The translations under genes and the position numbers were made by a program. A stretch of 63,957 nucleotides of DNA, counting the filler, from Intoshia linei (lineage: Eukaryota; Animalia; Orthonectida), in the NCBI GenBank assembly GCA_001642005.1. It is 9 parts of 9 records of this genome, joined end to end, with 100 filler letters (N's around TTAATTAATTAA, not from the genome) between each part and the next. Parts side by side here need not be neighbours in the genome. Positions count along the whole stretch, not along the records: positions 1 to 7,638 come from LWCA01001529.1; positions 7,739 to 10,265 come from LWCA01002293.1; positions 10,366 to 26,130 come from LWCA01000897.1; 6 more parts are not named here. One strand, written 5' to 3'. The notes under the pieces are model-generated. The model had not been told where the DNA came from and did not search any database. It saw nothing but the letters and a program-made list of their open reading frames with translations. Positions 1 to 11,989 of this stretch are shown here, one piece after another (position 1 is the stretch's first letter; every line of letters starts with the position of its first letter).

Positions 1-489
1 TCTACACATTTCCAATAAAGAAATATGGTTGAAAATCTATATAATTCATTCCTTCGGATTTATATTCATTGCTACGCAATTTTTAAAGTTCAAATTCTCA
101 TTTTCAAAACACTTTGAATAAAATTTAAATAAAAACTACAAAAACGAAACTAAAAGTCATACAACTTTGTTAATATCATTTTTATATTTATTACAATCCT
201 TTGCAATATTGGTAAAATTCGACTGAAATATGTTTATAAAGTGAAGATTCGGTTAATTATTTTATACAAATTGGTATTTTTAAGTATTTATTAAATTGGT
301 ACTGAAAATATATCATCAAATTGAAAATGACAAAATAAGTTTTTATATTTATTGGAAAGTGGCAGCGAAATATTTAAAGGGGCGCTAAGGGGGACGCTGT
401 GAGAATTTTTATAAAATTATAATAAATATGTCTTTATCTAGTATTTCATTTTTCAATAGCTCATAAATAAAGTAGGATTTTTTTTGGTT

Positions 490-926
490 GGACCTATGTT
501 TATTGCACCCACTTTAACTGAAAGAGGACTTAGTGCGGTTGTAACTTTGCTAACTAAAAAGAGAAATCGATTAAAAATTGAAACTTTTTCTTTCTAACAT
601 TGAATTTCCTGATATCGATAAGTTGTCACAGGATCATAAACCTCAGGCTACTAATTATACTAATTAATTTTATACCGATTTATTTATATAATTATTTTAT
701 ATTGTTTATAATACATTTTTCATTTAATTTTCATGAAATCATATGAAACTTTTAGTTATCTGCTAATTCTAGTTCACTGCTTCAGTCGGTATCACAATAC
801 TTAATTTATTATATTGGAAAAGGTTAGGAGATTTAATTTATATTGATTGCATTCAGTTTTAATAGGGCGCTATCATTTGAAAATTTTATAAGGGGCACTG
901 GAAAATAAAAGGTTGGGAAACACTGC
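490..926 (+). mobile_element. Degenerate hAT (Buster/SCAND3-like) transposon right end with dimerisation-domain remnant
   Basis: Frameshifted translation ...TERGLSAVVTLLTKKRNRLKIE...PDIDKLSQDHKPQ resembles the hAT C-terminal ERGFS..LTKKRNRL motif. Ends in the TIR-like ggttgggaaacactg (~911-926). Confidence 0.6.
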
Positions 927-2712
927 CCTAAAGTAACGATTATATTTTAATTAATATTAGTAGCTTTTTTAATTTATACAGTAGAGCAGTGTTTCGAAAC
1001 TTTTTATGTTCGCGGCTCACTATAATCTTTTTTAATAAGATAAAATAATACGTTCAAATACAACATATTCCAAGTATTAAACATGTTATACCGATGTTAG
1101 GAAAATGCCATTGTTTTTTACAGTTTGTAGTTTAAAATAAAAAAAATAATATAATAGAATTAAAAATACCTTTAATTAAACAATGTGGGGACATTAGCAT
1201 ATTTCCATCAATTTTATCGACAAAAATATTTTTGTTCAAATCAAAATCACTTACATCACACATACAAATTTTGGATATGGTTTTAATTTGTAATTCTATA
1301 ATTAAAAATAAGACTACATGTAACTTGTATAAAAATGAAAAACCTGAAACTCCATATTTATACAAGATTTGAGGTAAAATTTTATTTGGCAGCCAAAAAA
1401 TAGTTTTGTGAGTCTAATCAAGAATTTAATTGGATATAAATAAGTTATTTAAAATAACTACTGTTTTACTTGATCAATATTGTAGATATTTTCATTTTTC
1501 ACAATACAATTTGATATATGGTTTACAATGTTTATATTTTTAGAAATAATTATCGGGATTAGCATGGATATTCTGGTGTTTACGTCCTAATATAATATAT
1601 TTAGGTATACTAGGACAGTATTTACCGGGTATAATTACAAGTTAAACCACATTTGTTTAGAGCAGAGTGTCTTAAGGGGGGTGCTAGAAAAATTATTTTT
1701 ATTTTTTACTTTGTCGATAAAATAAATGGATTATTTAAATTTTAAATGAAGTAAATTTAAATCTTATAAAATACAGCTATGTTCATTTTTTTAATCTTTA
1801 CAGGAGCAGTGAAAAACCTACCGTACTCTTAAATCCCTCTTCGGGTACCAAGTTTTTCCAAAAGAAGCATTAACAAAATTTAATTCTTGAATATCATGAA
1901 TATTTTGTTTGTTAAAATTTAAAATGTAAAGTCGAACGCCAATATGACACAACGCATCGTTTTCGAAATAAATTTTTTAAGGGCCTATTTTTCGATAAGG
2001 GTTATATATTAACGATACATTAGTTTCGATGTATTTTTGATATTAAAACCAAACATTACATATTTTATATATATTTCAGTTCTCATACCAAACTTCTGTG
2101 TATTTTTTAAAGTTCTAAAATTACATCAAAAAAAGTAAAATAAATTCTGTTCCAATTTTGTTATCCAAAATATAGTCCCAATTGGTGCACTGCACCTGTA
2201 GTTTCAGTTAGTATTTATAGTAGATAATCATAAGGTTAAAATGTGATCATACTGATACCATTTAATAATAAAATATTATTAATAACGTTAATAATAATTG
2301 CTATAATCAAATAATAAATTACGCCAAAGTCATTTTCTTGATTGACAATTATTGTACATATTTTCTATAAAAGGAATATAATTAAGTAACACACTAGTTA
2401 AATAAGTCACTTTACTAATTAAAATGTCACTAAATATCACAGTAATACCTTGCTATAAGTAACAATTTGTTATAGGAGCATGTCCAAAATTTTATTACAA
2501 AAATATTTCTAGAAAAGCATTATGATGTGAATCGTTTGAAACAAAAATTGGCCCGTTTATAGATGATCCGTATTTATGTATATCAGGGCTCGCTGTCTAT
2601 TATCGATATTTTGATAAGTCGCATATCAAAATATAAAAAACCAACAAATAGTCAAGACTGTACCGGAAACTGTTTAACTTTGGAAAAGCATGTAGCTCCA
2701 GACTGGAGGCTC

Positions 2713-3232
2713 CAGTGATTCCCACCCTGTGGGTATTTACTAGTGTTTCAATTTTACCGACTTTTATATTACCGGTAATTAGTTTTGAAAGAATAGCTTA
2801 AATCATCTTTAAATAGAATAAATTATAATGTTCAATTGAATTACTTTTACGATGAAGAATTAATTAAGAATACATACAATTTTTCATCATAAATACACAA
2901 TAAAAATTTTCAACAATAGATCAGAATCAAAAATAAACATTGATATGAAAAGTGTTTCCAAAAACCAGGTAGTAGGACATTAATTTTTAAGAAATAAAAT
3001 TATAGTTACTGGTTTGGATAACCACAATTATTATGGATATAAATATAAACATAATATAAAAATTCTCATTTAAATACCTAATAATTATCCTATAAATCTG
3101 AATATAATGCTGAAAATCCTATATCTGCCACTGAACCTGACCATCCAATATGCAGTTAAAAAAATATTTTAGGTAATATCAAAATAAGTACTGTAATATG
3201 GGTAATGTATAAAAAAATGTTGGGAATCACTG
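2713..3232. mobile_element. hAT-type MITE with cagtgattccca terminal inverted repeats
   Basis: cagtgattccca at ~2713 and tgggaatcactg ending at ~3232. An internal ~200-nt block (2740-2945) recurs at ~18048-18270. Confidence 0.55.
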
Positions 3233-3336
3233 TATACCTCTATGCCGACACATCGGATGATCAAGGTCAAAAAATCTCGACAAAAACTTAATAAATTAAA
3301 TTTTCTTGAAAGTTTTGTGAAAGATTTATTAATAAT

Positions 3337-5526
3337 TTAATCACTCTTGGTAGAATTACTATCAAATTCATCAGAATTACCATGGTCTTCATTTATATTC
3401 ACGAGACCCTTAGTGAGAATCTGATCGCTAGGATTATTGATAATAATTTTGCGTATAACTCCTTTAGGACACAATTTTTGAACCAAAACTAATAAAGAAA
3501 ATGTCAATACAACACAAATAATAAATAAAACAACAGTGAGTGTAATTGTTTTCCATATTTTTTTAGAATTCTCTCTACCCCAAAGACTTTTTTTAAATTC
3601 ATATAGTGAGATAAATCCACCAAGCTCAATTGAATCACATTTAGTTTGATCAGTAGCTAAATTTTTAAAATTAACTTTGTACTTGTCTTCTTTACAATTT
3701 TCTTCATAGAATAAGGTGCTGTAAAATTTTAAATATCCGTTTGATTTAATTTCATATCTAATGTTTTTATTGCAAGTAATATTACTGGCTGCCACAATAC
3801 TATTGTTGGATAATTTGCACAAATTATCGTCAGTTCGGTCAAAATTAAAATCACAAATATAATCATTATAATGGCATGTAACATTAGTGTTTCGTTGAGG
3901 AATGGCGTCTGTAAAAAAGCAAAGAGTTTTTTTGGTTTGTTTGTAAATCATACGTTCGTCGGTGAGCGGGATAAAATATTCAATATCCTTTTTATCGCAT
4001 TCTTGTATAAGACGACTTAATTTTAAAGTTGTGACACTAGTTCCACTATAATTTATCGAAAAAAAGTGCAAAAATTTATCATCAGTTTCACGTATATGTA
4101 TATGACGATAAATTGACCAGTTTCTTCCATTATCATAATGTACTTTATGCCATGTTTTACCATGCGTAAATGAAAATTTATAATATTCCTTTACCAATGC
4201 AATAAATACATATGATTTTGTAGCAATCACGTGTTGTACATTCAAGAAATTATGCTCTCCAATAGTATTTTCCCAGGTGTGACATCCGTCATAGCTAAAA
4301 TACGTACCACGAGAATAATGATTTGAACCTACAATCACCGTTCCAATTTTATTGTAAAGGTCGATGAATGAAATTGAATTGTAATAGTTTCTACCACTGA
4401 TGAAATGAATCAATTTCCAGTTGTCTCCATTATTAAAAGAAATGTAACACTCACTGTAAAATCGTATAATGTCAACATTGTAATCTTCGGATCCTAGTTG
4501 CACTAAACTCATATACGGCGATTGAGTCTTAATATTATTATTAATTGGCCGAGCTCTATTACCATAAATGTCACTAATGAACACTTCAATGGGAGAATAA
4601 ATGCCGTGAATAAATGGACTTTGGTGTGATGAATTCTTGACATGTCGCATAACAAATATAATTCGATTTCTCAAAGACGCCACTTTGACTAATTCCATTT
4701 TTGACGACGCATATAGTGAACTGTTAAATATTCCACCAACAAAAAAAATTTCATTAAATTGGTCTCCTTGATTATTGGAGCAGAGTTTCAATCCTAATTT
4801 TGTGGTGATAATTAATTTTTGTCCGCATTGTTCAAAAGAATGATATCCCATAAAAATTCGTTTGACGATTCCAGATTTGAAATCAAATTTATACACAGCG
4901 TTTCTGTTGGTTAAAATAAAAATATTTTCAGAATTTACTGTTGATTCAACAGAATGTCTAAAATAATGAGACCATTGAATGGATCTTATTTTACCAGAGT
5001 TTAAATAATAACTCATGTCCAATACATTAAATTTAGTTCTGTCCAGATTATAAATAATTTTTTGTTTACCAAAGCATACCAAAAATGTTATGTCTTTAGG
5101 AGAGTATATGCAATCTAACGATTTTCGAAAAAGACTAATTATAACTTGATCAATTTTACACGGTATATATTTAAAATTATAATCTTCGAGTGAAATAATT
5201 ATATTAAATTTATTTCCGTGTTTGTCACTTTTTCCAACAAAAGCAGTTATATCATATTTTGAATCTTTCAAAGATTTATCAATCGTTGGAATTTGTGCAT
5301 CATAAAATCTAATTTCTTTTATAAATTGAACATGTTTCGGGTCAAATTTAGAAATTTGAATAGTTTTATCTACTAGGTCTATATTTACAAAAATATCGAG
5401 AATTCTATTTGAAGATGTAATCTTGCGTTCCAACAATTTTGTACCAACCACGTTTAATTTTAAAATTTCGTCGGCATTATTAAATTGAAACAGTATAAGA
5501 TACAAAATTTTATACATGTAAATCAT
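3337..5526 (-). CDS. VPS10-domain receptor (sortilin/SorCS/SorLA-like), single exon, type I membrane protein
   Basis: The 731-aa ORF has a hydrophobic N-terminus and Asp-box/BNR repeats (SFNNGDNW, SYDGCHTW, SFTHGKTW). It also has a Cys-rich 10CC-like region (CHYNDYICDFNFDR), a TM helix (TITLTVVLFIICVVLTFSLLVLV) and a short tail with ILT and an acidic cluster. First ATG is at 5526. Confidence 0.85.
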   Translation of the reverse strand: MIYMYKILYLILFQFNNADEILKLNVVGTKLLERKITSSNRILDIFVNIDLVDKTIQISKFDPKHVQFIKEIRFYDAQIPTIDKSLKDSKYDITAFVGKSDKHGNKFNIIISLEDYNFKYIPCKIDQVIISLFRKSLDCIYSPKDITFLVCFGKQKIIYNLDRTKFNVLDMSYYLNSGKIRSIQWSHYFRHSVESTVNSENIFILTNRNAVYKFDFKSGIVKRIFMGYHSFEQCGQKLIITTKLGLKLCSNNQGDQFNEIFFVGGIFNSSLYASSKMELVKVASLRNRIIFVMRHVKNSSHQSPFIHGIYSPIEVFISDIYGNRARPINNNIKTQSPYMSLVQLGSEDYNVDIIRFYSECYISFNNGDNWKLIHFISGRNYYNSISFIDLYNKIGTVIVGSNHYSRGTYFSYDGCHTWENTIGEHNFLNVQHVIATKSYVFIALVKEYYKFSFTHGKTWHKVHYDNGRNWSIYRHIHIRETDDKFLHFFSINYSGTSVTTLKLSRLIQECDKKDIEYFIPLTDERMIYKQTKKTLCFFTDAIPQRNTNVTCHYNDYICDFNFDRTDDNLCKLSNNSIVAASNITCNKNIRYEIKSNGYLKFYSTLFYEENCKEDKYKVNFKNLATDQTKCDSIELGGFISLYEFKKSLWGRENSKKIWKTITLTVVLFIICVVLTFSLLVLVQKLCPKGVIRKIIINNPSDQILTKGLVNINEDHGNSDEFDSNSTKSD

Positions 5527-5709
5527 TTTCAAATTTTAACTTTATTCAAATAATATGTATATTATAAATCTAGTCAAATATTAGAATTAACATCAATTAT
5601 GTACAAAAGTAAAGTTTACACCAGGCAGTATATGCATTTATTCTCAACCCTTTTTCGCTGTGGACCCTATGATGGTATTAAAAAAATGAATCAAAAAGTA
5701 AACACCTTA

Positions 5710-6510
5710 CCCTACATAGAAACCCCTGTTTAATTTCTGTAATCAAATAGTTTGAATTATCAGGTTCAATTGGTGAATTTTTCATTTTTAAATTAATATC
5801 TCCATTATTCATTTTTCCGAAATGTCCTTTTAAATGTATATAGTTTAAAGAAATTTCATCATCGGTAATATAATCGACGTTTGTGAGAATTGGCGATCCG
5901 TTTAAAAATATATATTGTTGAGATTTTTTGAAATAAGCTACCTACAAAGTAAAAAATGTATATTGGAATAAATTCAAAATTACAGCGTGGGTTATAAAAC
6001 AGGAGAGTATATTAAATTTATATTTAATATTTAAATTTTCAATTGTTTCGTTGCAAGCAATTCCAACTACTCTAATGTCTAAAACAAAAAATACATTCAT
6101 ACAAATAATGATCAATAACACTCGGTTAAATCGTTCAAAATTTAATGACCAGTAAATTAGACTAAAACACCCGAAGTTTGGTCAGCAAGTTAACTTTTAT
6201 ACATTCTGTACGATGTTTAAAAGTTTACATTTATGAAATATTTTACCTGAAGGCAGTGTAGATTCAAAAAAATTTAATAGTGAAGGAAAATCTACATTTT
6301 TATAATCATCCATATTAGGATTAATAGAATATGTTGATAAAATGTAGCAATTTTTTTGATCAGACCATAAATCTTTATGAGTTAATAGTAATATAAATTC
6401 ATTTTCCAAATTTTGAATTGTCTATACATTGCATTGTATTGTATATTGAATTATATATTATTCGTAAAAATATTACCGATTTTATATTTTTCGCTACTTT
6501 AATACTCATT
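5710..6510 (-). CDS. Multi-exon gene fragment of unknown product
   Basis: Open exons flanked by short GT-AG introns: MSIKVAKNIKS | TIQNLENEFILL...ESTLPS | ... | VVGIACNET...ITHA | VAYFKKSQ...IKQGFLCR|gtaag. One internal junction could not be put in phase. Confidence 0.4.
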
Positions 6511-7292
6511 TTAATCTGAATAAAACCTAGGAAAATCGTTTTCAAGTGTAATGTAAGTTTATTCATAAAAACACAATTACAATGTACAAATCTTAAATTG
6601 TATAATGTACGCAAATTGTAAACTACAATTTGTAATATAAGGTAATTTTTATTTAACGGACTGTCAATTTTTCTCAAGTAAACAAATTCCGTTAAATTTT
6701 AATTTAAAATGAACTGCATCATAATTAGGACCGTGGAGAGCCAGCAGTAGACCCGTATTTCTACTTTCTACTACCCTAATTTTATTTACATTGTAATTTA
6801 CGTTATAATTGTTAAAAATATAAACTGTAAAATCAAAATCTGTGGAGAGATGGCTAGGGCCTATTTTTGATTTACAATAAGTCTCGCGGTATAGTAACTT
6901 TGGCTCGAGTGGTTACATATTTACATTGTTGTAAACAAATAAATATTAATATTACAAATACTATTTTACTATTACTGTTACCATCTTACTTCTAGTATAT
7001 TTTCTGGGTCTTCCTAATAAATAATATTGGTAGATTAATTGATTGGCATATATTTCGTCCATTTTACATATATCATCCATTTACTATTGTTAAATATAAA
7101 GTAATGAGTTTAATTAATACCATAAATATGGTAAAAGTGTAATTTTAGTAGAAAAAGTGACAACATCCACATAAAAGTGGTCACTTAGAGTTAAAAGTGG
7201 TTAAAAGTTTAAAATTAATTAATGTATTAAATTTTAGTCTAAAACTACAACAAAAATGTATTACAAAGTACAACTTTGTTATCATTTTTTTA

Positions 7293-7490
7293 TCTTACTT
7301 ATATATAGTATGCATTACTATTACATAATATGCTTGGTTTGTCTGTGTGTTATTGTTTATTTCAATAACTACCAGTCTTAGAATTTTGTAAAGTCCACAT
7401 TTCTATTATACATATTATGTATATTATAATAAATATATATTATTTTTATGTATATATAAGTATTATGTAGTATTTTCCGGGGGTGTTAGC
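7293..7490 (+). mobile_element. 5' end of non-autonomous Helitron family
   Basis: A|TCTTACT start, then gtttgtctgtgtgtt and taactaccagtcttagaatttt.taaagtccacatttc. This matches the 5' end of the complete copy at 35101-35517. Confidence 0.55.
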
Positions 7491-7638
7491 AGAGCCGTTT
7501 TAAGGCATGGGCAATATGGGCTGTAGCCCAGGGTCACTGATTAAAAAATGCCCCAAATTAATAAAAGTACTTTACATTTATATTTTAAAAAGAGGCCCCC
7601 AATTTATTAAAAAATACTTCACATTTATATCTTAAGAA

Positions 7639-7738
7639 NNNNNNNNNNNNNNNNNNNNNNNNNNNNNNNNNNNNNNNNNNNNTTAATTAATTAANNNNNN
7701 NNNNNNNNNNNNNNNNNNNNNNNNNNNNNNNNNNNNNN
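7639..7738. other. Artificial gap spacer N-TTAATTAATTAA-N (also 10266-10365, 26131-26230, 28647-28746, 53828-53927, 59056-59155, 60831-60930, 62496-62595)
   Basis: Eight identical 100-nt spacers containing a six-frame stop linker. These are assembly or concatenation artefacts. Confidence 0.97.
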
Positions 7739-8849
7739 GGCAAATATATACCACATCAAAAGCAATAATGTTTCGTTTATTTCGTAGACATGGATTTTAA
7801 ATTAATAAATAAATATTCAAACTTAAAAAACTTCACCTTTTTTAAAGTAAACATTATTTTGAATGATATAATTGGTCAATTTTAGAATTGAAGTGAAACT
7901 TTGTTATATTTTTTTTTAACATNATAAATATATTATATCATTAAAATCAGCGCTAGATTATCCACAAGATGGTATTATTTTTATGCAGATGTATTTTTCA
8001 GTGTTGTCTAGTCTAATTAATAAATTATGTCAATATTACACGTCTAACGAAGACATGAAATGTTAAAGGTTGCATTAAAAGTTGTGGAGCATACATAGAA
8101 CCACATGCTTTTCTTGACTTGTAGATTACATAAAAATAGAAAACAGATATCATTAAATTAATCTAAAATAATAATAATACATTTAATAAATATACTTTTT
8201 AATTATTATCCAATATATTGATTATTACATTAGATATCGATTCTACTGTCAAATTGGTTAATTATATATCATGGAACACAAATTTTTGATAAATAAAATT
8301 ATCTATATATCACAAAAATTGTAAACTTAATTGTCTTCTTTAGTTGAAAATAACTCTGTGGATGCAATATAGACATAAATTCAATAAGAAATACTCTATT
8401 CGTTTACTTGTTACAAATGCCATAATTCAATTTTCATTAACCAAATTTGAATGTATAAAAATCAATAATACTTTATATACATAATTCATGATAATATTTA
8501 GGTTTAAAATAATTGATTAATTACTCTGACTCAGTTTGGCAATTAAGATTATTATCATTGATATATTGTATTTAGTTAATAATTGCATTTCTTTAATAAG
8601 TCTATAGCATCCACAATTTCATTTTTTTGTTTTTGTGTATTTTGTTGTTTCAAATTGGGTATTTTTATTAGCATTCATATGAACCTTAGTCACAAACATA
8701 ACTAAGGCACACAATGAATGTTAATAAAAATATTCATTAATTTTAAACGTTACAGTTTTGACCCTATTTGAATGGACTATTAATTATTAAAAAAAATTTG
8801 TGAGCCTTTAGTTATTTATTAGATATTCTACTTTTACAAGCAAAAATAA

Positions 8850-9485
8850 AAGATGAACATTGTCTAAACCGAAAGAAAAGTGGAAGAAAACGAAAATCTA
8901 TAAACCCCATATCTAGAACAGCGCATTTGTTGAATAGGCGGTATCAATTGTGCTTGCAGGTGGTTAACGATTATACAAACATATTCCAATCTCAACAGCA
9001 AAGAGTTGGAATAGAGGTGACATAGTAGGTGATTTATTCGGACCAGATATATTGTTGGATTTACGATATTTTTTACATGAAAGGCGTATTACTCGAACTA
9101 GAACCACGGCCAGAGATGTTATGTGTTTTTCGGGATAATGACTACTTATCATTCGACGAAAATGATGAAATGGAGTTAAAACGAAACCTGCGAAAAACTC
9201 AGAGATTTCTTAAAAAAAATGGATACAGAAGAGGGAAACGTAAATCTTAACATTTTATATGCCTAACCGTACTTACGTGATAAATTTCTAGTAGATTATA
9301 TGGCCTCTATACGTAAATTATAATAGACATGATGATTCTATATATGATCCGATAGACGATGATTATATCGAACCACGCATCAAATTCAAGAGACAAAGGC
9401 TATGTTTCATTGCTGCAATTATAGACTATGGAGTACATAACAAAGCTGAAATGTTACAGGATACTATCGATATTTTTCTGGGAAA
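8850..9485 (+). pseudogene. Decayed IS630/Tc1-mariner-like DDE transposase
   Basis: Frameshifted pieces: DLRYFLHERRITRTRTTARDVM; LRKTQRFLKKNGYRRGKRK; YNRHDDSIYDPIDDDYIEPRIKFKRQRLCFIAAIIDYG. From recall these match the HxDSLYDP..KGRRYCFIAAI region of IS630-like transposases. Confidence 0.6.
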
Positions 9486-10138
9486 TATCATATATTTACA
9501 TTATATATAATACATGTATATATGAAGTACTTAGATTTTATTATTTCTACCATTAGTTTGTAGTTCTAGTCAATGTGAACAATTAAGTTGACATATACAC
9601 ATGAATATACATAATTTTTAATTATTGTAAAAATAAATTTATTTTTTATGTGGATATTTTGTGGTTGTATTGTATTGTACTTTCGGTTTTTTTAATATTT
9701 CGCCATTAGATGTAGTGAGATCATATGTACTTGATGGTCGCAAAATTTTTCCCTTCTAAAATTGTTCATATAATTAAACATACAATATAGATTGTACTAC
9801 TATACTATTATGTACTTCGTACAAACTGTAGGTAGCTCTGCTCAGGGCGTCTAAATATATCTTTTTACACGTTATTAAATTCAATCAATTCTACATTCTA
9901 TGAACATTAAAAATGAAGGGACTGAATTTTTAGTATATTATATTGAACAGTAATGTGAAAATTGTTGTCTAAACTATGCATAATATACATCCTTTACTTA
10001 AATAAAATTGAATGTTTATGTGACTATTTTTTTAAAAAATCCCAATTTCTAATACTGTTTTTAGCGGATGAAAATGGTCAAAACCACAAATCATCCTTTT
10101 TTTATAAAATGAAAATAGTCCTAGAATTTTATAAAACA

Positions 10139-10265
10139 CTAGCTTGACTGTTATGTACTACGTACAAACAGCACCTAGCTCTGCCGACGGCACATTTTTA
10201 TAAAAAAATAATAAAAAAATAAATTCACGTTGAAAATCTAACTTAAAAATCCTACTATTCACTAT
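10139..10265 (-). mobile_element. Non-autonomous Helitron 3' end
   Basis: Reverse complement of the conserved terminus: hairpin ctgtttgtacgtagtacataacag followed by CTAG|T. Confidence 0.75.
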
Positions 10266-10365
10266 NNNNNNNNNNNNNNNNNNNNNNNNNNNNNNNNNNN
10301 NNNNNNNNNTTAATTAATTAANNNNNNNNNNNNNNNNNNNNNNNNNNNNNNNNNNNNNNNNNNNN

Positions 10366-10789
10366 AAATTTAAAAAAATTATATCTTCAGGGTCAAAACC
10401 ACAAATTACCCTTTTTTTTTAATGGAATCAGCCCTAGAATTTCAAAAAATTTACAGGTGGTACAGTTGTATCCTGTTAACACAACAAAATTCAATCCGAA
10501 TAAGTGACGACTTATCGGTCAAACAATCATTTTAGTATTCATATATTTTTTTCCGAAATATTTTATTAAAACAAAAAATTTGAAATAATTAATGGTGAGA
10601 AAAAAAAGAGTATTCAGATAGAGCTTATTCCAGTTGATATAAATACAAAATTTCAACCCCAGAAATCTACCATTCATGGTAAATAATAATTTTTAATATA
10701 TTATCAACCAATATTTTTTTGGTTTACTAAAAATGTGCCCTCGGCAGACTTAGGTATTGTTTGCACGTAGTACATAACAGTCAACCTAG
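10366..10789 (+). mobile_element. Non-autonomous Helitron, 3' part
   Basis: Ends ...gtagtacataacagtcaacCTAG|T. Internal blocks are shared with 14270-14450 and 31780-32110. Confidence 0.75.
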
Positions 10790-10821
10790 TATTGTTATAA
10801 ATTGTAAAGCAGTTTTCGTAG

Positions 10822-11006
10822 ATTGGAGAAGCACTAGAAAATAATCCAAGCTACATCAAACTAAAAAGGATCATTGCAGCTCAAAATATTGCCACATCTG
10901 TAATCAAGTTAATTCAAAAATTTTTATATATTTTTAGATTTCTCAATCTGCCAACAAAGTGTATATTGATTCCAACAATTTAATGTTAAATGTCAATGAA
11001 AAATAA
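10822..11006 (+). CDS. PHB2: Prohibitin-2, last two exons (10822-10899, 10938-11006); 5' exons not visible
   Basis: IGEALENNPSYIKLKRIIAAQNIATS|ISQSANKVYIDSNNLMLNVNEK* matches the PHB2 C-terminus ([22 protein letters not shown]...SQNRIYL.ADNLVLN). 38-nt GT-AG intron. Confidence 0.88.
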
Positions 11007-11506
11007 ATTTTGCATTTGTATCATTTTAAAATATTAAAAATAAATTTGACCCGTAGGTATGGTAAAAATGTGACAAGATTATCATAAATTTTGTTCATCT
11101 CTATTAGAGCTGAACGTACCGAACACCATCGACCAAATCATAGTATTAAAAATATTATATTTTTGCATATCAACTAATTAACACACGTGGAAAGCTGGCT
11201 AGGTTTGTGTGAAATTACGCATGGAATATAAAAATATTATTTTTAGAGACCTTTGTTTATTGATTTTCTGGTAACATCGTTCGGTTTATCGTTGGCTTTG
11301 ATATTGACTCATTTTTTCAATATTGCACCACTCTTATTGAGACCATGGGTTAAAAAATTCTACATAATAAATTATGATGATCCCAAATCCACCACCCGCG
11401 ATTTCATTAACCCTAGTAGTTTTATAATTATTTTATAGTTTTGCAAAACGAACTTCAATTTTAAAAATAAAATCTATAACGACAACCTTATGAAATAAAT
11501 CAAGAA

Positions 11507-11977
11507 ATGTCACAAATACTAAAACTCGTAAATAGTGTAATTAAAATGTTAAATCAACCATTTAGCTTACCAGTCCATCAAAACCAAGATTTAGATCCAC
11601 ATTTCCCTTTTACAAGAAAAATAATTTTGTAAAATGGAAAATGGCCACCGACGTAAGACGTCGAATTGTGGGTGAAAATAATGCAGTAGAACGTTTCAGA
11701 TTATTACCATTACTAAAAAATAAAACTCTACCATCAGATTTTCGGGTAATTTCAACATAAAACACATCTAATCCACATACAAAACTAAATTTAGAAATTG
11801 CATCTAGAGAAACTGAACAATTTACCAAGGTATGCTCAACCAGGATTATACGTTGCACGCTGTATGCTTACGTCCAGACCACGTGGAATAATTTATCCTT
11901 GGCGATTAAGTAGAATAGTATGGCGTGATATGGCCGACCATGCAAATATTTCTGGAGCTCAAAGAGCAATGTGGTAA
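11507..11977 (+). CDS. MRPS14: Mitochondrial ribosomal protein S14 (exons 11507-11527, 11566-11745, 11795-11977)
   Basis: Spliced product contains ...FVKWKMATDVRRR...LKNKTLP...RCMLTSRPRGIIYPWRLSRIVWRDMADHANISGAQRAMW*, the uS14m signature. Introns of 38 and 49 nt keep the frame. Confidence 0.92.
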
Positions 11978-11989
11978 ATAAAATTTAAT

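Noticed and set aside
2500-2690. Stop-codon reassignment suggested by interrupted frames
   Set aside because: Conserved genes here end in normal TAA/TAG and lack internal stops; decay explains the interruptions better.
7639-7738. Recurrent TTAATTAATTAA motif as a biological repeat
   Set aside because: Always embedded in Ns in identical 100-nt blocks; an artificial six-frame stop linker.
7990-8710. Coding-like sequence on - strand
   Set aside because: Multiple stops in all frames and no recognisable family.
11040-11440. Possible small gene or C/D snoRNA between PHB2 and MRPS14
   Set aside because: An ATGATGA box is present, but I found no matching D box or stem, and trial splicing gave only short frames.
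11610-11858. Antisense ORFs (also 19711-19917, 20332-20532, 23297-23485, 26183-26365, 40273-40464, 57836-58081)
   Set aside because: Shadows of real exons on the opposite strand.
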